Shown one piece after another: positions 1 to 8,298 of a stretch of DNA of 64,000 nt; position 1 is the stretch's first letter; every line of letters begins with the position of its first letter. The notes beneath the pieces are model-generated. The model was not told the DNA's origin. It ran no database searches and saw only the letters and a program-made list of their open reading frames with translations. Origin of the DNA: Anaerolineae bacterium (GTDB lineage Bacteria > Chloroflexota > Anaerolineae > Anaerolineales > UBA4823); contig JBBIVW010000005.1 in assembly GCA_037439525.1 (NCBI GenBank), positions 7,007 through 71,006 of the forward strand, in the 5' to 3' direction. Position numbers and translations under genes: made by a program.

Positions 1-589
1 TTGAGCCCATCTGGCGCATCTCACCGTTGACTTTGCAGTGGATCAGGCGATCCGCGGGATCGAATTCTGTCTCCACCCATGGACCTAGCGGGCAAAAAGT
101 GTCGAAGCCTTTGGCGCGTGTCCATTGGTTGTCTCTCCGCTGAAGGTCCCTGGCGGTGACATCGTTGCCAATCGTATAGCCATAGACATAATCCAGCGCC
201 TCTTCGAGAGGGATCCACCGGCCGCGTTTCCCGATCACCACCACCAATTCTGCTTCGTGCTCCACCTGCTTCGATTGTGGCGGAAGGACGATCGCCTCCC
301 CATGGGCAATGAGCGCGGTGATAGGTTTCATGAATATCAGAGGCACATCGGGCACTTCGGCGTCATGTTCCTTGGCGTGCGCCACGTAGTTACGTCCAAT
401 GCACAGGATTTTACCCGGCAGCACCGGGGGCAAGAGTTGCACTTCTTCGAACTTGAAGACCGCTTCCAGGCGGCGATATTCACCGAAAGGAGAGCCTTCT
501 AGGCGACCGACCTGGTAGCCTTGTTCGTTTTCTAGCACCCAGCCGTATGTAGGGGGTGTGTCCGGGGTTTGGAAGCGTATCAGGCGCAT
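1..589 (-). CDS. Fumarylacetoacetate hydrolase (FAH) family protein; 5' part only, runs off the left edge
   Basis: Missing from the ORF track because there is no stop in the window. My translation from ATG (complement of 587-589) reads MRLIRFQTPDTPPTYGWVLENEQGYQV...KILCIGRNYVAHAKEHDAEVPDVPLIFMKP...EHEAELVVVIGKRG...GYTIGNDVTARDLQ...WTRAKGFDTFCPLGPW, a typical FAH-fold signature. The + strand ORF 125-502 is its antisense shadow. Confidence 0.85.
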   Translation of the reverse strand, partial: MRLIRFQTPDTPPTYGWVLENEQGYQVGRLEGSPFGEYRRLEAVFKFEEVQLLPPVLPGKILCIGRNYVAHAKEHDAEVPDVPLIFMKPITALIAHGEAIVLPPQSKQVEHEAELVVVIGKRGRWIPLEEALDYVYGYTIGNDVTARDLQRRDNQWTRAKGFDTFCPLGPWVETEFDPADRLIHCKVNGEMRQMGS

Positions 590-668
590 TTCTACCTCTG
601 GAGCAAAGATGGTGTTGGCTAAGTACCAACACTGGATTAGCGCTGATTAGTATAACTGAAAATGGAGG

Positions 669-1505
669 CTAATCGAAGGGTTGTTGGATGCGCTCCGACA
701 GTTTGGAGATGCTCTGTTCCGTGCCCGCAAAGCGGTCCGCATAGCGCCATTTGAGCACTTGAGAGAGGGCATAAACAATGGCTTCGATGGAAACGATACC
801 TACTCCAATTGAGGGGTGCGCCTGGGCAGCCAATACGGTATCCGCGAAACGAGCTGTCGCCAGGGAAGCCGAGCCGATGATCGCTGCGGTGGGGATGCCC
901 CTGGATTGAGCTTCACCCAACGCACGGGCAATGTAAGGTGACTGACCAGCCACCTCCATGGCAAGGAGCAGGTCTTGGTCTGTGGCGATGTTCACCGTGC
1001 GCGCCAGGTCGGCCACGCCCGTGCGGGCGATGTACACAGGAAAGCCACCTTGCTCTAAGAAGAGCACCAGGCTATAGGCTGTGGGTTGCGCCGGGCCTTC
1101 GGGTAAGACAACGATGCGCCGGGCGCGGTCCATTTGTTCCACCAAAGCCTCTAAGGAGTCAATGTCCAGAGAGAGGCGCGTCTTGTCCAAAGCCAGTGAG
1201 ACATCCTGCAAGGCTTGATTGGCGATGGCCGCCACAGACCCTTCGACTTGGGCTTCTCTAGGGCGGATCAGCAAATCGCGTTTGACGCGCTCCCGGATTT
1301 CGCGCTGTAATTCGGGGAAGCCCAAATACCCCAGATTTTGGGAAAAGCGTACTACTGTAGCTGCGTCCAGGTCCAGGGCATGTGCCAGCTCACTGGCGGT
1401 CATGAACGCCGCTTCGACATAGGAATCCAAGAGGAAGTCTGCCAGCTTAGCAAAACTCTTCGACATGGTGGTTCTCTCTTTGCGGATGCGCTCTTCATAA
1501 TTCAT
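669..1505 (-). CDS. RpiR/MurR-family transcriptional regulator (HTH_6 + SIS domain)
   Basis: N-terminus reads FAKLADFLLDSYVEAAFMTASELAHALDLDAATVVRFSQNLGYLGFPELQREIRE (RpiR-type HTH). The C-terminal half looks like a SIS sugar-phosphate-binding domain. Confidence 0.85.
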   Translation of the reverse strand: MNYEERIRKERTTMSKSFAKLADFLLDSYVEAAFMTASELAHALDLDAATVVRFSQNLGYLGFPELQREIRERVKRDLLIRPREAQVEGSVAAIANQALQDVSLALDKTRLSLDIDSLEALVEQMDRARRIVVLPEGPAQPTAYSLVLFLEQGGFPVYIARTGVADLARTVNIATDQDLLLAMEVAGQSPYIARALGEAQSRGIPTAAIIGSASLATARFADTVLAAQAHPSIGVGIVSIEAIVYALSQVLKWRYADRFAGTEQSISKLSERIQQPFD

Positions 1506-1727
1506 GGCATGCCTCCATCAGGGCAGGAACCGTTGCTCGCCGATATGATGAGAAGAGGAGTGTGGCGGGCAGAGAATGCAAGGATTGCTATGTTGAGTGT
1601 ATCATAAAACTGGTCGGAATGCAATATTTCATGAAAAATAATATATTTCTATCAACTTTTTATCACAACAGAACCTTCGCCACTCGTTCTCTTCGAGAAT
1701 TGGGTTGTTTGTGTGTTTGCCAATCTA

Positions 1728-1756
1728 TTGACAAAAATCTCTAAACGCACTATAAA
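1728..1756 (+). promoter_or_regulatory. Sigma-70-like promoter for tRNA-Val (TTGACA-N17-TATAAA)
   Basis: TTGACA at 1728-1733, a 17-nt spacer and TATAAA at 1751-1756. The -10 ends 12 nt before the mature tRNA 5' end, in an AT-rich upstream region. Confidence 0.45.
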
Positions 1757-1767
1757 CAAGGAAACAT

Positions 1768-1841
1768 GGGCGCATAGCTCAGTTGGTTAGAGCGCTTCTC
1801 TTACACAGAAGAGGTCAGGGGTTCGAGTCCCTTTGCGCCCA
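1768..1841 (+). tRNA. tRNA-Val (anticodon UAC)
   Basis: Cloverleaf folded by hand. Acceptor GGGCGCA/TGCGCCC, D stem GCTC/GAGC, anticodon stem CTTCT/AGAAG with loop CT-TAC-AC, T arm AGGGG-TTCGAGT-CCCTT, discriminator A. No encoded CCA. Confidence 0.9.
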
Positions 1842-1970
1842 TCACAGTTTGATTGGCAGATTGCAAGGATCCAGCCGAATTGCAGCCTTAGGCTATGATC
1901 CTTAGCCCAAAGAGGCGGGAAATAACACCTTACCTTGAGCTCTGTATTCGATAAATATGACCTTTTTCAC

Positions 1971-1999
1971 TTGACCTATGGGTATCATGCAGCTAAAAT
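1971..1999 (+). promoter_or_regulatory. Candidate promoter of the SHMT-GcvT fusion gene (TTGACC-N17-TAAAAT)
   Basis: TTGACC at 1971-1976, a 17-nt spacer and TAAAAT at 1994-1999. This would give a leader of about 110 nt before the ATG at 2118 (AGGAG at 2107-2111). Confidence 0.4.
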
Positions 2000-2117
2000 C
2001 AACATGGAATGAAGACAATCGACATGTTTTTCACACGCCCGCGGTGGTGGTTCAACGCGCCCCTCGCGGGTAATTTCACCTTTTTCACTCATCCATTTCG
2101 CAATTCAGGAGCCAAAC

Positions 2118-5100
2118 ATGACTGATTTCCTTTTCCGCGGCTCTCTAGCCGATTTAGATGCCACCTTAAACGAACTGATCCAAATAGAAGCAGAACGCCA
2201 AGTGCGCAAGTTGATTTTGATTCCCAGCGAGAGTCAAGCCCCGCTGGCGGTGCGTGAAGCCCTTTCTTGCGCGTTTCAAAACATCTATGCCGAAGGTTAT
2301 CCGGATGAGGACACCCGATGGATGACCGAAGAGGATTTGGTAGATTACAAAAACCGACTGGCGCATTTCCGTCGCTATTCCGATCCACGTTACTATAAAG
2401 GCGTAGAGTATGCGGATATCGCCGAAGCGCTGGCGCGGCGCCGTTGTGCGGAAACCTTTGCCGCTAATGGCATTTCTGCTGACGATATCTATGTGAATGT
2501 ACAGGCGCTTTCCGGAGCGCCGGCAAACAATGCCGTGTATCACGCTCTGGTAGAGCCAGGGGGAACAATCATGGGGATGAATTTATTGCATGGCGGGCAT
2601 CTCACCCACGGCTCTTCGGTGAACCGCTCGGGCAAGTTCTATCGGGCGATCCATTATTCGGTTGATCCACAAACGGAACGCATCGACTACGACCAGGTTG
2701 AAGAATTGGCGCGCACCCACAAACCAAAGTTCATTATTGCCGGTTACTCATCTTATCCCTGGGCAGTAGATTGGGAGCGCTTCCGCCGAATTGCAGATAC
2801 GGTGGGAGCGTTTTTGTTTGCCGATATTGCCCATGTCGCGGGTTTGGTGGCGGCTGGCGTGTACCCCTCCCCCCTGGGATATGCCCATGTGATCACTTTC
2901 ACTACACACAAGTCTTTGTGCGGTCCGCGTGGGGCGTGCATCCTGACTACGGACGCTTCTTTGGCGCGCAAGATCGATCGCGCCGTCTTTCCGGGCGAGC
3001 AAGGTGGTCCCCATGTCAACACGTTTGTTGCCATGGCGCTGGCGTTCAAACTCGCGCAAACAGAACAATTCAAAACCCTGCAAAAGCAGGTGGTGCAAAA
3101 CTGCAAAGTGTTCACCCAAAAGTTGAAAGATTTGGGCTTCCGCATCCCCTATGGCGGCACGGATACACACATGATGAACCTGGATTGCAGCACCATTGTC
3201 GGTGAGGCAGGCGTAACGCTTTCCGGCGATCAGGCGGCACGTATCCTGGATATAGCCGGCATTGTGGTCAATCGCAATACCATCCCCGGTGACCTCTCGG
3301 CGGCTGACCCTTCTGGAATACGCATGGGCACCCATTGGGTAACGCAGCGCGGATTCAAAGAACAGCAAATGGAAGATTTGGCACATCTCATTGGAGATCT
3401 GCTGCACGCGATTACACCCTATGCTGTGGAGACACGTAAAGGATGGGCGCGCCGGGCAAAGGTGGATTTCACAGTGCTGGAAGAAACCAAGATGCGCGTG
3501 CGTGAAATGGCGCTCTCTGCCGGCATGGATTTCCAACCGAACCAACATGGATATCCTCACTTTTATTATCTGGACGACCCTCATCAGGGCGAGTGGGCAT
3601 CATTGGAGATCGGTGGGGAGCGGGTGCGGGCTTTCTTGAACTTTGCCCTCTCCAGCGATGTGGACGCGCTCAAACCCGGTGAAAGTCAAGTCACCAGTGC
3701 CTTTACTCCTCATGGTCACATCCTTGGGAGGTTGTATTGCTTGCAGGAAGATTGTTTTCGCCTGGTAATAGCTGCCCATCAAGCCAGCCTACTGGCTGCC
3801 TGGTTGCGGGATCTTTCCGATGGTTATGTTTCCTTTGATGAGCAGGTGGAGAGGAAACTGCCGGGACCTGTGTGGGTCGCCGAAGGTCAAATGCGCGAAA
3901 AGCCCTTGCTAACTGGCGAGGCAGTGTGTGGCGATAAGCCGTACTTCATCGGGCAAAAGCTGGAAAAAAGTGGCGCCCCATTGGCGGATTTCACCTGGCA
4001 GGCGCTTGAGGCGCCTCTACGCCGCACGCCGATTTTCGAAACCCATAAGCGGCTAGGCGCAAAGCTCATCCCCTTTGCCGGCTGGGAGATGCCGGTATGG
4101 TACACTTCTGTTTTGGAGGAACATTTGGCGGTGCGTCACGCAGCAGGCTTGTTCGATGTGGCGCATATGGGCGTCTATCAGGCGGAAGGACCACATGCTG
4201 CCATCTTTTTGGACAGCGTCGCTGGCAATGATATCAGCGGATTGGAAGTGGGCGAGTCCTGTTATACGCATTTCTTGACCCCGGACGCAGAGGTGATTGA
4301 CGACTTGTTGGTTTATCGTCGTGGGCGCGAAAAATTCCTCATCGTAGTCAATGCTGCAAACGACGATAAAGATTGGGCTTGGTTGAATGCGGTCAAAGCT
4401 GGGGAAGTGCGTGTCAGCCGCCGACTTCCATGGGGGCGCGCTTTTGGCCGGGGTGTCGTACTGCGCAATTTAAGGCACCCCGAGGCGGGAGCGGATATGC
4501 GCGTTGACCTGGCGCTTCAAGGTCCCCGTTCTCGCGAGGTGCTCCTGGCTTTGGAGATGGACGAAGCCACACGCAAGCGCATCCTGGCATTGAAGCGCAC
4601 GCAACTTTGCGAAGCGCAGATTGGAGGCTTCGATTTGGTCATCTCGCGCACCGGATATACCGGCGAAAAGATGGCTTTCGAGTTGTTCGTCCACCCGGAG
4701 ATGGCAGAGCGGTTGTTCAATCGCCTGTTAGAAGTCGGGGAACCTTATGGGTTAAAGCCTATTGGGCTGGGGGCGCGAGACTCTTTGCGCACGGAGGCCG
4801 GTTTGCCCCTCTATGGACATGAGATGGGAGAGGGTTCGGGGCGGATGGGCGTAGCATCTTTAGGGGTCGGGGAAGCCGGGTTTGCTTCCTATGTAAAGGC
4901 CTACAAGCCCTGGTTCATTGGGCGTCAGGCGTTTATCGAACGTGAGAAGAGTCGTGATGGGGAGGTGGTACGCTTTCGCTTTCCGGAGAAGGGTGTGCGC
5001 ATGGCGCATCAGGGCGATGCAGTCCTTGACCGCCGTGGGCGCGTCATCGGTTGGGTGACCAGTTGTGCCGTAGATGCAGATGGCATGCTTACAGGCCAGG

Positions 5101-5255
5101 CATTTGTCGAGAAAAAGGCGTCAACCCCAGGTAGTGCCTTATACATCTATCCAGGAAGTGGAACCCAACTGCCCAAACCCTTTGAGAAACTGGAGCTTGG
5201 AGAACGAACGGCATTGCCCTCGTACGCCGTTGTCCTCGATCGCTTTCCACGATGA
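2118..5255 (+). CDS. Fusion protein: serine hydroxymethyltransferase-like domain + linker domain + glycine cleavage T protein (aminomethyltransferase)
   Basis: Residues ~1-470 carry SHMT signatures: LIPSESQAP, YAEGYP, VNVQALSGAPAN, GGHLTHG, and the PLP-lysine motif TFTTHKSLCGPRGA. Residues ~635-1045 (nt ~4020-5255) read as a full GcvT: THKRLGAKLIPFAGWEMPVWYTSVLEEHLAVRHAAGLFDVAHMG...GARDSLRTEAGLPLYGHE. It is one uninterrupted 1045-codon frame. Confidence 0.9.
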   Translation: MTDFLFRGSLADLDATLNELIQIEAERQVRKLILIPSESQAPLAVREALSCAFQNIYAEGYPDEDTRWMTEEDLVDYKNRLAHFRRYSDPRYYKGVEYADIAEALARRRCAETFAANGISADDIYVNVQALSGAPANNAVYHALVEPGGTIMGMNLLHGGHLTHGSSVNRSGKFYRAIHYSVDPQTERIDYDQVEELARTHKPKFIIAGYSSYPWAVDWERFRRIADTVGAFLFADIAHVAGLVAAGVYPSPLGYAHVITFTTHKSLCGPRGACILTTDASLARKIDRAVFPGEQGGPHVNTFVAMALAFKLAQTEQFKTLQKQVVQNCKVFTQKLKDLGFRIPYGGTDTHMMNLDCSTIVGEAGVTLSGDQAARILDIAGIVVNRNTIPGDLSAADPSGIRMGTHWVTQRGFKEQQMEDLAHLIGDLLHAITPYAVETRKGWARRAKVDFTVLEETKMRVREMALSAGMDFQPNQHGYPHFYYLDDPHQGEWASLEIGGERVRAFLNFALSSDVDALKPGESQVTSAFTPHGHILGRLYCLQEDCFRLVIAAHQASLLAAWLRDLSDGYVSFDEQVERKLPGPVWVAEGQMREKPLLTGEAVCGDKPYFIGQKLEKSGAPLADFTWQALEAPLRRTPIFETHKRLGAKLIPFAGWEMPVWYTSVLEEHLAVRHAAGLFDVAHMGVYQAEGPHAAIFLDSVAGNDISGLEVGESCYTHFLTPDAEVIDDLLVYRRGREKFLIVVNAANDDKDWAWLNAVKAGEVRVSRRLPWGRAFGRGVVLRNLRHPEAGADMRVDLALQGPRSREVLLALEMDEATRKRILALKRTQLCEAQIGGFDLVISRTGYTGEKMAFELFVHPEMAERLFNRLLEVGEPYGLKPIGLGARDSLRTEAGLPLYGHEMGEGSGRMGVASLGVGEAGFASYVKAYKPWFIGRQAFIEREKSRDGEVVRFRFPEKGVRMAHQGDAVLDRRGRVIGWVTSCAVDADGMLTGQAFVEKKASTPGSALYIYPGSGTQLPKPFEKLELGERTALPSYAVVLDRFPR

Positions 5256-5317
5256 GAACCAGCGCATATGTAGTAGAAATAATCACCTAATTTAAACCAA
5301 TTCGAGGAGTGAGATAC

Positions 5318-6550
5318 ATGCAAACCTTATGGGATCATCGTTTCGCACGAAGAACGCAGAGAATGGGCAGCTCTGCAATTCGTGAATTGCTGAAGCTGAC
5401 CGAACTACCGGACATCATTTCCTTTGCCGGAGGCATGCCAGCGCCAGAAGTCTTTCCCACTCAGGCGGTTCAGGAAGCTTGCGCGCGCGTGCTTAAAGAT
5501 GCGGGTCCTCAGGCTTTGCAATATAGCTCTACAGAAGGATATCGACCTCTAAGGGAGCTCATAGTGCGGCACACTGCACGGTATGGCATCAAAGTGACGC
5601 CAGATAACATACTCATTACCTCTGGCTCCCAACAGGCTCTGGATTTATTGGGGAAAATCCTCATCAATCGAGGCGATCACATTTTGGTCGAATCGCCCAC
5701 ATACCTGGGCGCGTTACAAGCCTGGAGCGCGTATGGAGCGGAATATGTGACCGTTCCAATGGATGAATATGGCATGGTCACCGACGCCCTCGAAGAAGCT
5801 TTGCGCAGCGGTCCGAAATTCATTTATGTTCTGCCAAATTTCCAAAACCCAACTGGGGTTACTTTATCCTTGGAGAGGCGGAAGAGGCTGATCGAGTTAG
5901 CCGACCATTACGGAGTGCCCATTGTTGAAGATGACCCTTATGGGCAGTTGCGCTATGAAGGAGAGCACCTCCCCTCGGTGGTTATGCTGGACGACCAGTA
6001 CCGCGGCAACAACCAGGCTGGATACCATGGCAATGTGATTTACCTGAGCACGTTCTCAAAAATCCTTGCGCCAGGGATTCGCCTGGCGTGGGTGATAGCC
6101 CCAGAGGTCGTCATCCGTAAGTTGGTCTTGGCGAAACAAGGCGCGGATCTACATACAGCCACTTTCAATCAGATGGTTGCTTACGAGGTCTCGCGCGGTG
6201 GGTTTTTAGATGAGCATATTCAGCTGATTCGAAACGTATATCGCGAACGCCGCGATGTCATGTTGGCCGCCATGGATACGTATTTCCCGCCCGAGGTAGA
6301 ATGGACCCATCCGGAAGGTGGGTTGTTCTTATGGGGTACCCTTCCTGAGCACTTGGATTCGGCAGAGGTTTTGCAAGACGCCATCGCCAAAAAGGTCGCT
6401 TTTGTACCCGGGAAACCGTTTTTCCCCAAAGAAGGTGGCCACAACACCATGCGCATCAATTTCTCCAACGCGACGCCGGAAAAGATTCGTGAAGGCATCG
6501 CCCGCCTTGGGGAAGTGATTCGCGAAAAGCTGCGCCAGACAGTGCCATGA
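5318..6550 (+). CDS. PLP-dependent aminotransferase, class I/II (2-aminoadipate/aromatic aminotransferase-like, COG1167 type)
   Basis: SSAIRELLKL...ISFAGGMPAPEVFP, NPTGVTLSLERR and YLSTFSKILAPGIRLAW (PLP lysine in SKxL). I prefer the ATG at 5318 (GAGGAG 8 nt upstream) over the GTG at 5309 used by the track. Confidence 0.85.
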   Translation: MQTLWDHRFARRTQRMGSSAIRELLKLTELPDIISFAGGMPAPEVFPTQAVQEACARVLKDAGPQALQYSSTEGYRPLRELIVRHTARYGIKVTPDNILITSGSQQALDLLGKILINRGDHILVESPTYLGALQAWSAYGAEYVTVPMDEYGMVTDALEEALRSGPKFIYVLPNFQNPTGVTLSLERRKRLIELADHYGVPIVEDDPYGQLRYEGEHLPSVVMLDDQYRGNNQAGYHGNVIYLSTFSKILAPGIRLAWVIAPEVVIRKLVLAKQGADLHTATFNQMVAYEVSRGGFLDEHIQLIRNVYRERRDVMLAAMDTYFPPEVEWTHPEGGLFLWGTLPEHLDSAEVLQDAIAKKVAFVPGKPFFPKEGGHNTMRINFSNATPEKIREGIARLGEVIREKLRQTVP

Positions 6551-6656
6551 GGTCCGCGCTACCTGAGTAACATCGGGCAGCTCTTTGGTTCTGGCTGTAC
6601 ATCGAACCGGTCGCGTTTTCCCTACTTGGCAGAAATAGCTCTCGAGGTGTACATGT

Positions 6657-7160
6657 TTACCTCTGAGAGCTTTTTGCTTCTGTTTTTGACCATTCTTGAT
6701 TCATCTGGTCAATCACGTCCAGCAATTCTTGATTGGAGGGGATATCGGACATGGATTTGCCATAGTGAACAAAACGCGCCATGCCGCGTTTGTCGATCAG
6801 CACCTGGGCTGGCATACGCCCCAGTTTGAACAGGTTGACCTCCTGCCCGAATCGTTTAAGGATCGAGTGATCGGGGTTGGGCAAGCCAATGAACGGTAGG
6901 TCATTCTCTTGCCAATAACGTGAAAAGGATTGGGCATCTTCGGGTCCGACGACCAACACAAGCGTATCGCGACGCGTAAATTCCTCGTAATCTTGGCGCA
7001 ACTGCGCCATATGCCTGCGGCAGAACGGTCAACCAAAGCCGCGATTGAACACGAGCAGGACGTTGTTTTTTCCGCGATATGTAGAGAGGCGAACAGTGTT
7101 GCCGTTGAACGCGCTCAGCTCAAAATCGGGGGCGAGCGTATTGATTTCTATGCGTGACAT
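6657..7160 (-). CDS. Peroxiredoxin/AhpC-TSA (thioredoxin-fold) protein with in-frame TGA at the redox-active position; candidate selenoprotein (U-P-F-C)
   Basis: The track reports only the 3' piece (6657-7010). Reading from ATG (complement of 7158-7160) gives MSRIEINTLAPDFELSAFNGNTVRLSTYRGKNNVLLVFNRGFG-TGA-PFCRRHMAQLRQDYEEF... in one frame. The TGA (complement of 7029-7031, codon 44) sits where the family has the first Cys of W-C-P-x-C. The alternative reading is a pseudogene. Confidence 0.6.
6994..7009 (-). promoter_or_regulatory. Candidate bacterial SECIS-like hairpin downstream of the in-frame UGA
   Basis: The mRNA reads UGA-CCGUUCUGCCGCAGGCAUA-UGGCGC-AGUU-GCGCCA. That is a 6-bp GC-rich stem with a 4-nt apical loop containing GU, and the loop begins ~25 nt after the UGA, inside the window usually quoted for bSECIS elements. 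Confidence 0.4.
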
Positions 7161-7180
7161 GGTGACTACCTTTTCCTTAT

Positions 7181-8134
7181 CTAAGGAGAAAATTGTTCCA
7201 GGAATGTTTCAAGAGCGGAGAGAAAAACATCGGGGCACTCTTCTTGAGGGATGTGCCCGCATTCTGGAATGACCACCAATTGGGCGTTGGGTAGTTCGTT
7301 TGCCAGGCGCAAGCTGTCTTCAGTGGGTACAATGCGGTCATCGTCGCCGGTGATCACCAGGGTTGGTGTGGTGATCTCTTTCAGGCGTTGGTCTAAATGT
7401 AAATCACGGCTGGAAGCAGTAAACAGCCATAAAGCACGATCCCAGTTTTCGACTTTGAGCGGGGTCGTGTAGCCTTCCCAGATCTCTGGTGTGATCTTTG
7501 AGGGGTCGTGCCATGCGGAACTGGCGAAATCCCTTCCCCAATTTTGAATGTTGCGCGCCAGCAATGGTCCGAGATGATCCATTTGAGGTGTGCGCGCCAG
7601 CCAGGAAAACCAGGCAGGGCTGCCGCCAGCGTAGATAGCTGCATCCACCAGCACCAGCGCAGTAACGCGCGATGGGTAGAGGATGTCCGTTAGGGCGGCG
7701 ATGCTTCCGCCGGCGGAATTTCCCACCAAAATCGCTTGCTCTAGTTGGTAGTAATCCATCAGCGCAATGACCAGCTCGACCTGAAATTCAGCGGAATAGG
7801 GGTTACTGCCTTCCCATTCCAGGGGGCGTTCACTTAGTCCGAAAGCAAGGCGATCGAAGGCGAGCACCTGCCTTTGTTTGGCGAGCGGTTCCAGCACCTC
7901 CCGCCAAGTAAATACGCTGGAGCCGAAGCCGTGAAGCAAGATCAGCGCGGGTTGACCGCTGCCTTTGTTTTTTACGTGTACTTGATAGCCTCGCAAGCGG
8001 ATGAACTGGCTGTCTGGGTCGGCGAAAGTTTCGGGTGAAGATAAGCCTTCTAGCGGGGGAACAGGGACTAAGAACGGCCCGACCAGCACGATGAGTGCGA
8101 TGAGCACAAGCAGGATCACGAGTGTGCGCTTCAA
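7181..8134 (-). CDS. Alpha/beta-fold hydrolase with N-terminal membrane anchor
   Basis: N-terminus MKRTLVILLVLIALIVLVGPFLV (TM segment), oxyanion-region LLHGFGSS, nucleophile elbow GNSAGG, and C-terminal IPECGHIPQEE (catalytic His). TTG start with GGAGG 7 nt upstream. It ends 20 nt upstream of the Prx-like gene, so the two are probably an operon. Confidence 0.85.
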   Translation of the reverse strand: MKRTLVILLVLIALIVLVGPFLVPVPPLEGLSSPETFADPDSQFIRLRGYQVHVKNKGSGQPALILLHGFGSSVFTWREVLEPLAKQRQVLAFDRLAFGLSERPLEWEGSNPYSAEFQVELVIALMDYYQLEQAILVGNSAGGSIAALTDILYPSRVTALVLVDAAIYAGGSPAWFSWLARTPQMDHLGPLLARNIQNWGRDFASSAWHDPSKITPEIWEGYTTPLKVENWDRALWLFTASSRDLHLDQRLKEITTPTLVITGDDDRIVPTEDSLRLANELPNAQLVVIPECGHIPQEECPDVFLSALETFLEQFSP

Positions 8135-8199
8135 GGTTTTTCCTCCCAGAAAGAAATTTTGTTCATAAATCCAGTTTTTTGGGTGGTCACAGCGATATC

Positions 8200-8228
8200 A
8201 TCATATCATTATGTACATAATTTGTCAA
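8200..8228 (-). promoter_or_regulatory. Promoter of the hydrolase/Prx-like operon (TTGACA-N17-TATGAT) with embedded 14-bp palindrome
   Basis: The minus strand reads TTGACA (8228-8223), then AATTATGTACATAATGA (17 nt), then TATGAT (8205-8200). The spacer contains the perfect palindrome ATTATGTACATAAT (8208-8221). Confidence 0.45.
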
Positions 8229-8298
8229 GGTATTGTATATATTAGAGAACTAATCTAAAGCACCATCCCAAGTCTTAAGGCTTTGTCTTCTGTGAGAG

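Noticed and set aside
125-502. 125-aa + strand ORF at the left edge
   Set aside because: It is antisense to a convincing FAH-family coding frame (1-589, minus) and has no recognisable motifs or RBS.
1843-2117. Possible glycine, THF or ZTP riboswitch upstream of the SHMT-GcvT gene
   Set aside because: I could not find the conserved cores I remember for these classes, such as the CCGCCUGGGC-type ZTP pseudoknot segment or the paired glycine aptamer GGAGAG...ACCGAAGGGGCAA blocks. I kept only the hairpin and repeat as a low-interest observation.
2748-3584. 278-aa minus-strand ORF
   Set aside because: It lies entirely antisense within the SHMT domain of the fusion gene. The composition is typical of a shadow frame in GC-rich coding DNA.
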